A stretch of 34,130 bases of DNA, from contig JALUEE010000084.1 in the NCBI GenBank assembly GCA_027053075.1, forward strand, positions 1-34,130, read 5' to 3'. The notes below the pieces were generated by a model. It worked only from the letters and a program-made list of their open reading frames with translations, was not told the DNA's origin and made no database searches. This document shows, in pieces, positions 18,798 through 28,413 of the stretch; positions within the stretch are counted from its first letter, which is position 1; each line of letters starts with the position of its first letter. The stretch comes from a candidate division WOR-3 bacterium. GTDB lineage: Bacteria > Hydrothermota > Hydrothermia > B15-G9 > WFZT01. The position numbers were made by a program, and so were the translations under genes.

Positions 18798-20177
18798 ATG
18801 AAGAAAATTCTACTCGCAGAAGATGATTTGAAGATGGAAAAGTTGTATTCCGGAGCCCTTAAGTCTCTGGGGTACGAAGTAATCCCGGTGAGAACCCTGA
18901 AAGAACTTAAAAAACTATCACGGGATAAATATTCACTTGTACTTCTAAACAGGAATTTTGACGGCGCACACACGGATGAACTTCTCAAAAAAGGTGAGCT
19001 ACAATTCGAATCTCCTGTCGTCCTGATCTCAGCAATGACAGATGCAGAAAGAGCGGCCGAGCTCATAGAAAAAGGCCTCATCCTTGACTTCTGGCACAAA
19101 GCTGAGGGACCCGAAGGACTGGTACTCGAGGTCAAAAAGATAGAGCGCGAAGTTAAGGATATTCGCCCGCAGCTAATGGAATTTTACAACGGTATATTTG
19201 ACCTACCTCATATGAGTAGACGGCCTGTTAAGAGGAAAATCATCGCCTATTCCCCAAACATGGTAGACGTTCTGAGGAAAGCCATCGGATTCGCAAAGAG
19301 TAAGAATCTCAACGTTCTCATTGTAGGAGAACCGGGCACGGGCAGAAGCGCTCTCGCTGACTATCTTGTTGAACAAATGGAGGGCAAACCAGAAACCATC
19401 AAAATCCCGCCGGGACAGTGGGGGATGCTTTCCGAAATAGAAGAGACACGTATTAAAGTAGGCTATGGCCAGGAAGCTGAAAAGACCGAGGAAATAGTTG
19501 TCATTATTGATGGAATTGAAGAAATGCCACGTGACGAGCAGGTTTACATCCTGGGGCTTGCTAAAGAGGGTGTCGCAAGGTTTGTTAGCATTGCCAGCAC
19601 TAACATCTTCAGAAAACTTAAAGAAGGCTCATTTTCACAGGAGCTTTATCAATACATATCCGGTGGACTTCTCATGATTCCTCCCCTCAGGGAGAGATTG
19701 AAAGAAGAAATAGCCCTTCTTATTGAGCATTTTCTGCGCCTTGAGGAGCATGAGAGGAAGCTAAAATTGGGATTGTCGGAAGAGGCTTACAGGATTCTCA
19801 CGTCTTATCCGTGGCCCGGCAATGTGGTAGAATTGAGACTAAAGCTCAAGAGTTCAATTGCCACACTGTTACCCGGAAGGAATATTATTCAATCCATCAA
19901 TCTTCCACAGGAGATAATGCAGTTTGTCCAGCAGGGCAACGATGTTGTATTCAACAAGTTTCTTCAGAGTTTCATAACTTCCATTGACTACGCAAGTATC
20001 AGCTATGATCAGATCGAGAAATGGGCCTTTAACTTGAAGTATACTCTTTTAAAACTCATCATCGAACAGGCGGGATACAATTTGGAGCTTGTGAAAAAGT
20101 TTTTGAAGACCAACAAAAATATCGAAAAAGACGAGGTAGTGGCGAAAATTCTTGCGGAGAAAGATGAGAAAAGATAG
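18798..20177 (+). CDS. Degenerate NtrC/PilR-like regulator (receiver plus sigma54-activator-like AAA domain)
   Basis: KKILLAEDD receiver, NVLIVGEPGTGRS, IPPLRER, SYPWPGNVVEL. Key catalytic residues are substituted. Confidence 0.8.
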   Translation: MKKILLAEDDLKMEKLYSGALKSLGYEVIPVRTLKELKKLSRDKYSLVLLNRNFDGAHTDELLKKGELQFESPVVLISAMTDAERAAELIEKGLILDFWHKAEGPEGLVLEVKKIEREVKDIRPQLMEFYNGIFDLPHMSRRPVKRKIIAYSPNMVDVLRKAIGFAKSKNLNVLIVGEPGTGRSALADYLVEQMEGKPETIKIPPGQWGMLSEIEETRIKVGYGQEAEKTEEIVVIIDGIEEMPRDEQVYILGLAKEGVARFVSIASTNIFRKLKEGSFSQELYQYISGGLLMIPPLRERLKEEIALLIEHFLRLEEHERKLKLGLSEEAYRILTSYPWPGNVVELRLKLKSSIATLLPGRNIIQSINLPQEIMQFVQQGNDVVFNKFLQSFITSIDYASISYDQIEKWAFNLKYTLLKLIIEQAGYNLELVKKFLKTNKNIEKDEVVAKILAEKDEKR

Positions 20178-20697
20178 GGGGATGACTTTACTCGAGCTGG
20201 TTATTGCCATTTCAATAATCGCAATTCTGATAGCTCTCGCCATCAATCAATACCAGAAATACCTTTACCGTGCAAGATCTGTTGAGGCCATTATAAATCT
20301 TGACAGTATCAGGAACCTTGAGGAAGTCTATTCTGCTGAGCATGGCTTCTACATTCTAACCGACAGAGTTCCCGATGAGCCCCCACATCCCTGGGCTGTG
20401 GAATGGAGTGATCCTCGAGGGGAGTTTGCAACCATTGGGTTTATTCCCGAGGGGAAAGTATTCTACAGGTACAAAGTTTCTCGATATTTCTCAAACGACC
20501 TCAAAAAAGAATTTTTCACGGGGACGTTTGACTCCACCTTAGCCAGAGACGGTATAATTGATATAATGATTGTAGCTGCAGGAGACCTTGATGGTGATGG
20601 GGAGATAAATGGTAAGATTGATGTAAACAACTACTCGTATTATGGCACAACAGATGAAAATACAAAAATAATAGGGCCTCAGTATGATGACTTCTGA
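20164..20697 (+). CDS. pilA: Type IV pilin
   Basis: Prepilin cleavage motif MRKDRG|MTLLELVIAISIIAILIALAI with E5; C-terminal GDLDGDG. Confidence 0.88.
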   Translation: MRKDRGMTLLELVIAISIIAILIALAINQYQKYLYRARSVEAIINLDSIRNLEEVYSAEHGFYILTDRVPDEPPHPWAVEWSDPRGEFATIGFIPEGKVFYRYKVSRYFSNDLKKEFFTGTFDSTLARDGIIDIMIVAAGDLDGDGEINGKIDVNNYSYYGTTDENTKIIGPQYDDF

Positions 20698-21634
20698 AAT
20701 TATAAAAACAGAAAATCTGACCAAAGTATATTACAGGAGTTCGGTAGGTAAAAAGCAGGAGATTGAGGCCGTTAAGGACCTAAATCTCCTTGTAAACAGA
20801 GGCGAAATATTCGGCTTTCTGGGACCGAATGGAGCCGGGAAAAGTACAACGATAAAGATGCTGATGAACCTGATTCTTCCGACAAGTGGCAAGGCTTTTC
20901 TTTTTGGTCAACCTGTGAGCCAGACCTCCGTTCGGGCAGGAGTTGGATTTCTCCCCGAAAATCCCTATTTCTACGATTATCTATCGGCTGAAGAATTCCT
21001 GAAATTGAACGCTGATCTCTTTGATATCCCTGGCAAGGAGGCGAAAAAGAGAATCGGAGAGCTATTAGAGTTTGTTGGACTCACTAATTTCAGGAAGACA
21101 AAACTAAAGAAATTCTCCAAAGGAATGCTTCAGAGAATCGGTCTGGCTCAGGCACTGATAAACGATCCAGAGCTCATTGTTCTGGATGAGCCGACATCTG
21201 GACTCGATCCCATAGGCAGGAAGATGGTACTGGACCTCATAAAAACCCTTGGTGAACGTGGCAAAACGGTCTTTTTTAGCACCCACATATTAAACGACGT
21301 GGAATCGGTTTGTAACAGAGTGGGAATCATTATTAAAGGTCGATTGAGAAAGACTGGAAACATAAAGGACCTGCTTGAGATTGAGGATAAATACAGGGTG
21401 GTAGTTGAGGGTGTGATCCCAGAAGATTTCAGGAATTTCGAGGTAAACCAAGAAGACGGACAACTGATTTTAACCGGGCTAACCGAAAAGGAGTTAAGGG
21501 ATTTACTGAGTGCTCTTTTATCCAGCAGTGATGTAAAGATTCTGGAGATTTCTAAAGAAAGAAAGACACTGGAGCAGGTATTTCTGGAGGAAGTTGAAAA
21601 AGTAAAAAGAGAGGAAGGGTATGAAGCGGATTAA
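20684..21634 (+). CDS. ABC-2-type ATP-binding protein (myxobacterial PilH-like)
   Basis: GFLGPNGAGKSTT, GFLPENPYFYDYL, FSKGMLQRIGLAQAL, LDEPTSGLDP; directly after the pilin. Confidence 0.9.
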   Translation: MMTSEIIKTENLTKVYYRSSVGKKQEIEAVKDLNLLVNRGEIFGFLGPNGAGKSTTIKMLMNLILPTSGKAFLFGQPVSQTSVRAGVGFLPENPYFYDYLSAEEFLKLNADLFDIPGKEAKKRIGELLEFVGLTNFRKTKLKKFSKGMLQRIGLAQALINDPELIVLDEPTSGLDPIGRKMVLDLIKTLGERGKTVFFSTHILNDVESVCNRVGIIIKGRLRKTGNIKDLLEIEDKYRVVVEGVIPEDFRNFEVNQEDGQLILTGLTEKELRDLLSALLSSSDVKILEISKERKTLEQVFLEEVEKVKREEGYEAD

Positions 21635-22385
21635 AACACTTGCCTTTGGAACATTTAAAGAAGGTGTAAGAAGTAAACAATTCTTGAGTGTGGCGGTGTT
21701 TGCTGTCCTGATGCTTTTATCGGCTCTGGTGATGAGCGAGATGTCCTTCGCTGAAAGAAAGAAAATCGTTGAAGATGTTGGACTTTCCTTCATGACCCTC
21801 TTTGGCTTGCTGGTTACACTTTACGTTGGAATGGAGCTGATTTACAAGGAGATAGACAGAAGGACTATCTACATTATCCTTTCAAAGCCTGTCTCAAGAC
21901 GCTCCTTTATTGTGGGGAAATACTTTGGACTTCTGTTGCTTATCTTTACGCATCTGTTGCTGATGATTGTAACGCTTTCGGTGCTATTCTTTTTCTATGT
22001 AGGGAGCTTTGAGGTCCATCTTTTTAAGGCTGTTTACATGATTTTCCTGGAGCTCTCAATAATTGCCGCTATCACAGTATTTTTCTCAAGCTTTACAACA
22101 CCGGCGGTGGCAGCGTTCTCTGCACTTTCATTTTACATTATCGGATATTCCACGTCCATCATAAACGCATACCTTGCCAAACAGGCAGGAATATTTAAAC
22201 TCCTGATGGGCATTGTATTTGGCATCTTTCCAAAACTTGGCTATCTTGACATAAAGATGGAAGTGGTTCACAAGCTCCCGATACAGGGCAGCCGATTTTT
22301 GTACGGGACTCTTTACTCTGTAGCCTATATTTTTGTGGTTATTGTTCTTTCCATTCTGGTCTTTGACCGGAGGGAGTTTAAGTGA
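21621..22385 (+). CDS. ABC-2-type permease (myxobacterial PilI-like)
   Basis: Six TM segments; KEIDRRTIYIILSKPVSRRSFIVGKYFG; terminal FDRREF. Confidence 0.88.
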   Translation: MKRIKTLAFGTFKEGVRSKQFLSVAVFAVLMLLSALVMSEMSFAERKKIVEDVGLSFMTLFGLLVTLYVGMELIYKEIDRRTIYIILSKPVSRRSFIVGKYFGLLLLIFTHLLLMIVTLSVLFFFYVGSFEVHLFKAVYMIFLELSIIAAITVFFSSFTTPAVAAFSALSFYIIGYSTSIINAYLAKQAGIFKLLMGIVFGIFPKLGYLDIKMEVVHKLPIQGSRFLYGTLYSVAYIFVVIVLSILVFDRREFK

Positions 22386-23248
22386 GACGCGGGATACTAT
22401 TGCTGCTCGTCATTTTTGGCATTGCAGTCGTCGCCTTCTCGACCGAGAAACTTTCAGATATTTACAAAAAACGACCTCCGCTTGAATCAGTCAGGTATGT
22501 CCCAAAACCTTCACTTCTAAAGGCAGTTTCACTTGAATATAAGCCCCTTGTAGCCGATTTTTTCTGGATGAAAGTTACCCTTCTTTATGGTGAGCCTAAT
22601 TTCAGAAAAAAAGCTACACCGGAAGACTGGGACTATATTCAAAAAACCGTTGAGCTTGTAACCGAGCTTGACCCATATTTCTTCATTCCCTATTACTTCG
22701 CAGGGATCGTTTTGCCTATGGAGGCCAACAGAGATCAGCCTGCCATCAAAATTCTCAAAAAGGGGATGAAGTATCTAAAAAAGGAGTGGAGAATTCCATT
22801 TCTTATTGGATTCACTTATTACTACTATGAACACGAGTATCTTGAAGCTGCGAAATACTTTGAAAAGGCAAGCAAGCTTCCGGGAGCTCCGGAGTATTTA
22901 CCAAAGCTGGCTGCAAGACTTAGATACGAGGCCGGGGATATCAGGGATGCAATAGCATTTTTACTCACAATCTACAACAATACAGACAACCTGGAACTAA
23001 AGAAATCTCTTGCTATGAGGATCAAGGCACTGGAGGATATTCTTTATCTCACACAGGCAGTAAATTTATACAAGAAACGTTTCGGTCATCCACCTAAAAA
23101 CCTTGAAGATCTTGTAAAAGTGGGCATAATAAGAGCAATACCGAGAGACCCTTATGGTGGTCATTACTATTACGACAAAAAAGATGGCAAGGTAAAAACA
23201 ACATCAAATTTCAGACCGGTGGCAAAGAATGGCAAAAAGCAAAGTTAA
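22382..23248 (+). CDS. Membrane-anchored TPR-like pilus accessory protein (myxobacterial PilG-like)
   Basis: N-terminal TM, ADFFW, TELDPYF, WRIPFLIGFTYYY, C-terminal GspG-like PKNLEDLV..PRDPYGGHY. GTGA overlap with the permease. Confidence 0.7.
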   Translation: MRRGILLLLVIFGIAVVAFSTEKLSDIYKKRPPLESVRYVPKPSLLKAVSLEYKPLVADFFWMKVTLLYGEPNFRKKATPEDWDYIQKTVELVTELDPYFFIPYYFAGIVLPMEANRDQPAIKILKKGMKYLKKEWRIPFLIGFTYYYYEHEYLEAAKYFEKASKLPGAPEYLPKLAARLRYEAGDIRDAIAFLLTIYNNTDNLELKKSLAMRIKALEDILYLTQAVNLYKKRFGHPPKNLEDLVKVGIIRAIPRDPYGGHYYYDKKDGKVKTTSNFRPVAKNGKKQS

Positions 23249-23687
23249 ATTTGAATACTCAGCTGGCGGTGTGGTTTTCAGAGTTACGGAAGATGGAAGA
23301 ATTCAGGTTCTCCTCGTTGCCGTGAAAAATGGAACTGTATGGACGATTCCCAAAGGGTTGATAGAGAAGGGAGAATCAAAGGAGAGCACGGCTTTGAGAG
23401 AGGTGAAAGAAGAGGGTGGAGTGGATGGCGAGATTGTGGATTTTATTGACAAAGTCGAATACTGGTATATATGGCCAGATGAGACCGGTGAGAAGATCAA
23501 ACGCCATAAAACTGTTTACTATTACCTCATTAAATACAAAAGTGGCGATCCTGCCATGCACGACTACGAGGTTGATGAGGCAAGGTGGTTTGATATCGAT
23601 GAGGCAATCAAAATTGCAAAGTATTCGTCTGACAGGAAAATCCTCAAAAAAGCCAAAGAGTTAATAGAGAAACACATAAATCAATAG
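23229..23687 (+). CDS. NUDIX hydrolase (Ap4A hydrolase-like)
   Basis: SAGGVV, WTIPKG, Nudix box GLIEKGESKESTALREVKEEGG. Confidence 0.92.
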   Translation: MAKSKVKFEYSAGGVVFRVTEDGRIQVLLVAVKNGTVWTIPKGLIEKGESKESTALREVKEEGGVDGEIVDFIDKVEYWYIWPDETGEKIKRHKTVYYYLIKYKSGDPAMHDYEVDEARWFDIDEAIKIAKYSSDRKILKKAKELIEKHINQ

Positions 23688-23692
23688 AGGTC

Positions 23693-24306
23693 ATGGTCCG
23701 GTTTGTAACCATAGGAATGCCTTTAGCCCTTTTTATCTGGTTTTCCATTGCCTACTTTTTGAAGATTGACCTCGATAACCCTGGGTTGCCCTTGTTTTAG
23801 TAGACGCAAATACCCTGCTATGGTTTGCAATTTCTCTTTATGGTATCAGGAAAAGTTATGGATTTCATATACTAAAATTTCATGAGCCTGTAAAAACGCT
23901 TATTTATGCTTTGATCATAGCGATTTTAATAGGTGTATTGAACTTTATTTCCGACTTCTGGAAAAGCTCTTGATACTCTTACCTGCGCCCATATTCTTCA
24001 CTCATTGTATTTGTCTCCTTTTTTTTAATTGGTTCTATTCTCGAAGAGGCGATCTGGAGAGCTTACGTTCTGAGGGGATTGGAATTTTGATTGTCTGGAC
24101 TTCTTATATCTTTGCTATTTCTCGGGCTTCATCACATATCCTTAAGTATAAAAAACTTTGTCTATGCTACACTGACCGGAATCATTCTGGGATATGTTTA
24201 CATGGAGACCTCCTTATTCTGGGCAGTTGCACTTGGACACGTCCTCTACAACCTCGCCTTTATGCAAATATCCAGCAAACTCTTCTCTATCATATTCAAT
24301 CGATGA
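23693..24306 (+). pseudogene. Disrupted CPBP (CAAX/Abi) intramembrane protease
   Basis: Motifs EEAIWR, LFLGLHH and GHVLYN lie in one frame interrupted by TGA at 23971 and 24088. The N-terminal part from ATG 23693 is in another frame (shift near 23779-23797). Confidence 0.75.
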
Positions 24307-24575
24307 ATGAGACACCCTGTAAGGCAGTGCTCTCTAAAGGGCAAAAAGATGGATGTGAGCTGAACAAATGTCACAGTCGTCGAAAACCCATGTTTCGCAA
24401 ATTCCATCAAGGATACAAAACCTCTTCAGAAATTTCCAGACTGCAAATTCGATAAACAATAATTGCTTAAATTAATCGAGCTACCTTTGTTAACCTACCC
24501 TTTAGGTTCGCTTTTCCCAAAATCAACGAACTTATATTGGTTTCAACTTTCATCATCTTGCAGATATACGAGCAC

Positions 24576-26189
24576 CTACCATCTTTTCGAGATTCTCATT
24601 GTGGCATAGAGTTCCTTTGAGACACTGGTGGAGCTGATCTTTGTCAATGTCGTCTGAAAGCTAAAATTAAACTTATATGGAAGTGAAACGTAGAGATTGA
24701 AATTACCAGAAATAGACCTGACACCAGCCCCATTAGTGTAATTTACACCTGCCCCTGGTTTAAACTTCCCGGCTGTGTATGAAAGGTTTAGTCCCGCGTT
24801 TTGCTGGCTCTGTTTGCCCATAACTGTCTCGAAATTGCTATGGCCCAATGTGGCCGTAAAGCTCAATGGAAATGGAAAAGAAAAAGTCTCACTCAACGAC
24901 AATGTGTAGAATTTTGAGGAGTTGTGTAAAGTATCAGGAAGGTTGGACGATTGATAGCTAATCGTTAGCTGGCTCGTTATGCTCGTTGAGCCCAGATATT
25001 TTGAATAACCGATATTTGCCCCCACCAGTAGTGTAGTGTTCTCCGAAATGCTTTTCTGCTCGCTGTTATTAACGTAAAGCGTGAAATAAGGAAGACTATA
25101 AGATATGAAGCTCACATCAACATGGGTGGTTTTAAGCTCTGTTGTTACCTCCTTTGTCTGGAGTAGATTATCATGCTCCTCATGATAGGAAACCCCCAAT
25201 CCGAGTCTATTATGCCAAATCCGCGTTCGCGTTTCTATGGTGTACTTGAGGAGGTCTTTTCTCGTGGAGTACAAACCAAATGAGACGAAGCCTGGGCCAA
25301 TCATCGTAGCCCTGAGCTTCACCTGTGTTGCCCCTGTTTTAAAACTCGCTGTCCCTCGCGCAGCATAGTCAACATGGGTTGAGACACGAGGCTTAAACTT
25401 TTTCTCCGCCCAGTCAGGAATTCTATCATCGTGAACAAGCGGAGCGGTAACATCGCTCGTCAATTCACTAACTGCCACCTCTCCCCTTATATTCATCCTT
25501 CCTTTATAAGTGAATCCAAAGTCTGTTCCTAAAATGAAGTTTTCCATGGGCGCAACGGAGAGTGTGGATTCGACAACATTGGTATCTGGCTGAAAATATG
25601 TAAAAGGTGGGTTAATTGAAAGGGTATCATCCCACGAGTGCATGAAAGTCAGGTGAAAATGGGTGGCACTCTTCTTGCCAATCCCGACGCTGATCCCTCG
25701 TATTGCTCTCTTATACTGCGCGTTCAAAGAGTCGGTTCTGTATGCTGGACTGATTGCTCCACCGGTGTAAGAGAAATAAAAAACTCCCAGTGTGTATTTG
25801 ATTGTTAATCCCCTCACCCGAATTCCAGATATGGTGAACTGGGAAAACACAGGGAAGGCATCTCCAATGGTGATTCCCGGAAAAGACAGCAGGAAATTCG
25901 GAATCCCCGGAATAGCGGGAATCAGCCTCTGGGGACTGAATTTCATTGCGAATTGGTTTAGCCACTCTTTTAGTCTTTCTTTTGCGCTACCGATTGAAAA
26001 ATGAAAGAAAACTGGCATTCCATAGATATAAAATTGGGGTGAAAAATTCAATCGGAATGTTCTCACGGGAGTGGTTTTTGAGCTATCGAACAGGGTATCC
26101 ACCACAAACTGAACTTCAAAGTACCCGGATGTTTTAAAAGGGCCTTTGCCAACGGTACTTATTAAAAGCAGCAATATGGGCAGTTTCAT
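24576..26189 (-). CDS. Putative outer membrane beta-barrel protein
   Basis: Signal-like N-terminus, alternating amphipathic strands, C-terminal YATMRISKRW ending in an aromatic residue. Confidence 0.7.
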   Translation of the reverse strand: MKLPILLLLISTVGKGPFKTSGYFEVQFVVDTLFDSSKTTPVRTFRLNFSPQFYIYGMPVFFHFSIGSAKERLKEWLNQFAMKFSPQRLIPAIPGIPNFLLSFPGITIGDAFPVFSQFTISGIRVRGLTIKYTLGVFYFSYTGGAISPAYRTDSLNAQYKRAIRGISVGIGKKSATHFHLTFMHSWDDTLSINPPFTYFQPDTNVVESTLSVAPMENFILGTDFGFTYKGRMNIRGEVAVSELTSDVTAPLVHDDRIPDWAEKKFKPRVSTHVDYAARGTASFKTGATQVKLRATMIGPGFVSFGLYSTRKDLLKYTIETRTRIWHNRLGLGVSYHEEHDNLLQTKEVTTELKTTHVDVSFISYSLPYFTLYVNNSEQKSISENTTLLVGANIGYSKYLGSTSITSQLTISYQSSNLPDTLHNSSKFYTLSLSETFSFPFPLSFTATLGHSNFETVMGKQSQQNAGLNLSYTAGKFKPGAGVNYTNGAGVRSISGNFNLYVSLPYKFNFSFQTTLTKISSTSVSKELYATMRISKRW

Positions 26190-26199
26190 TTAAAGTCTC

Positions 26200-28413
26200 C
26201 TATGGGAGTTTCCCACTTTTTGCCGCTGAAGGAACGGACCTGTTGCCACTTTTGTGCAGTGCCTGGACTTTGTACCAGTAGGTTTTGCCCTTTGTTATAA
26301 GCTTATCTTTAAAATGGTCTGACCTTATTAGCGGACTTATTTGAATATAACCTGTGGTTGGATTTTCGCTTCTAAAGACCAAAAATCCAAGAAGGGTAGA
26401 ATCGTAAGCCGGGGTCCACCAGATGATAAGGCCATCTGATGCCGGTGTTACACGTCTTATGTGTGACCTTGTCGGAAATTTGAAGCTAAAAGTAAATGTC
26501 CCCACACTGGCAGAAGGAGTGCTGACATTCCCACCAACATCCGCACATCTCACCCGATAAAAGTAGTGTTCTTTCGGTTTTGCTGTTGTATCAAGAAATG
26601 AGAAAATGGTGTCCTGATCCCAGATTGTGATAGAGGGAAGACTTTCGCATTCCACAGTTGTTGGAAATTTTAATTTTTTGCTCAGTGTATCCCAGACTGT
26701 AGTATCTGATGTATCCGCTCTCTCCACGATGAATCCAAAGAGGTCCTGAACCGGAGGTGCAACCCATTGAACAAGTATAGCTCCGTCCCTTGCCTTTAAT
26801 CCAACAATTAGCGGCGGTGGCGGGGCGACTCTTTCTCTCAACCTCTCACAAACGGTTTTCGAGGTATCGCTCAAATTCTGGCTGTTATCATAAGCTTTGA
26901 CAGTATATCGGTAGCATACAGGTGATCCGGATGGAACCGTTCTATCAATAAAGGATGTCGAGTCCTCATTATCTACAGTCCCCACAAGATGCATGGAATA
27001 AATCATACGTATTTTTTCTCTCAATAATGTGTCTCCACAAATTCCACGGTAAATCAGGTATCCTGCGACATCAGGAGTGGATACCTTTCTCCACTCGAGA
27101 GCAATACTATTGGTGCGGCCGTGTGCTCGTAAGTTTGTTGGTGGCGGAGGTGGTGTTTTATCCTTTATCACTCCTCCAACGTGGGCACTCAGGTTACTTT
27201 CATTTCCCCAGTTGTCTATGGTCTTTATCCTGTAGAAGTACCCTTTGTCTTGATATGGAGAACCGAGTCCGTGGGTTGTATCTTTGTACGAGACGTTCAG
27301 GATCGTAGTATCGGTTGGCTGAGGGACCAATGAGGTTACGAGTGTGCCTATTGTGTCGTCAATTGAAGTGTACCTGTAAATTTTATAGCCTTTAATTCCG
27401 GAGATATCTATGTGGCCATCGTAGTCTTTTAATACCTTTTCCCATGTTATGTTAAGGCTGTCTCCAATGGCGGCCACGTGGATACTGGTAGGGCTTCGGG
27501 GAGCTGTAGAATCGTAAGAAGTACCCGATACCGTTATACTCGGTGGACTGAAACGACCTGAAATATCGAATGCCTTAACCCTATAGACATAAGTTGTGCC
27601 CGGGAATGGCCCTTTAAAGTGGACTCCATTTACAACATTATTGCTGGGCTTTGATCGATACCAGTACATCTGGTCCAGGAAACAGAGTTTCGTAGTATCT
27701 GAAAGGGTATCACCAGATGGACCAACCACACATTTGGACATTGTTGTCGGAAAATTAATTCGGATGAAAGTCCCTGTTCCTGCCTTTTTGCGCTCGACTA
27801 TATAACCCGAGGCACCAGTGACTGGCCTCCATCTTATCATTATCGAGGCGTTTCCAGGGATAAGCTCAACTCCAGCGGGTCGTGCAGGCGGTGTTATATT
27901 TCCTGCTACCACTGAAGTCTGGCATAATATCTCTGTTTCCACCCCTGAAGAATCGATACCTCTTAATGCGTAAAAATATCGCGTACCGTTTACGACAGAG
28001 GAATCAATAAACCCCTGTCCAATAGCAATGGCTATATAGATTTTCTGGAATGCGGCAGCTTTGACAGCGTATCTTCGTCGGTCCCTTTTGGACGCCATAA
28101 TTTGGGGTATGTCACACATTTCAGGTACAACCGACCATAAGCGCCTATACGCGGAAGAATCCTTGTGTAAGAAGTTACGAAAACTTGTACAGTCCTCTAT
28201 TATCCTTATGGTATCGTCATTCACCCTAATGAAATCTGTCCCAGATGTCCTTCGGTACAGGTTGTATCCGGGGTAGTAATCTGAAGTGTTCCAGATAATG
28301 AGTATGCGATTTGTGTCTGGAACAGCGACAATTACGTTGTGTTCCTGTGCCATTAGCCTCAATGGGCTTACAAACAAAAGTATTCCAATAAATGCAATGA
28401 TTTTTTTATTCAA
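26200..28413 (-). CDS. Exported multi-fibronectin type III protein (about 6 repeats)
   Basis: Repeated PPxxP..W..GYxIYR..D..YxYRVxAxDxxGNxS. TTG 28413 gives the signal peptide MNKKIIAFIGILLF and overlaps the upstream stop. Confidence 0.85.
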   Translation of the reverse strand: MNKKIIAFIGILLFVSPLRLMAQEHNVIVAVPDTNRILIIWNTSDYYPGYNLYRRTSGTDFIRVNDDTIRIIEDCTSFRNFLHKDSSAYRRLWSVVPEMCDIPQIMASKRDRRRYAVKAAAFQKIYIAIAIGQGFIDSSVVNGTRYFYALRGIDSSGVETEILCQTSVVAGNITPPARPAGVELIPGNASIMIRWRPVTGASGYIVERKKAGTGTFIRINFPTTMSKCVVGPSGDTLSDTTKLCFLDQMYWYRSKPSNNVVNGVHFKGPFPGTTYVYRVKAFDISGRFSPPSITVSGTSYDSTAPRSPTSIHVAAIGDSLNITWEKVLKDYDGHIDISGIKGYKIYRYTSIDDTIGTLVTSLVPQPTDTTILNVSYKDTTHGLGSPYQDKGYFYRIKTIDNWGNESNLSAHVGGVIKDKTPPPPPTNLRAHGRTNSIALEWRKVSTPDVAGYLIYRGICGDTLLREKIRMIYSMHLVGTVDNEDSTSFIDRTVPSGSPVCYRYTVKAYDNSQNLSDTSKTVCERLRERVAPPPPLIVGLKARDGAILVQWVAPPVQDLFGFIVERADTSDTTVWDTLSKKLKFPTTVECESLPSITIWDQDTIFSFLDTTAKPKEHYFYRVRCADVGGNVSTPSASVGTFTFSFKFPTRSHIRRVTPASDGLIIWWTPAYDSTLLGFLVFRSENPTTGYIQISPLIRSDHFKDKLITKGKTYWYKVQALHKSGNRSVPSAAKSGKLP

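Noticed and set aside
18632..19135. 167-aa minus-strand ORF and other antisense ORFs (e.g. 5968-6396, 29997-30485, 1242-1574)
   Set aside because: Shadows of well-supported genes on the opposite strand; no motifs.
20140..20155. Sigma54 -24/-12 promoter (TGGCGAAAATTCTTGC) before pilA
   Set aside because: GG to GC spacing is 11 nt instead of the strict 10, and it lies too close to the start codon.
17833..20177. HATPase as the cognate sensor kinase of the divergent response regulator
   Set aside because: No DHp or sensor domain, the receiver lacks the phosphoacceptor Asp, and the HATPase is operonic with a STAS domain.
23971..24090. TGA recoding (Sec, Trp or Gly) in the CPBP gene
   Set aside because: TGA terminates many intact genes here, the gene also has a frameshift, and no SECIS-like hairpin is evident.
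23970..24455. 161-aa plus-strand ORF
   Set aside because: Alternative frame over the CPBP pseudogene; the conserved motifs are in the other frame.
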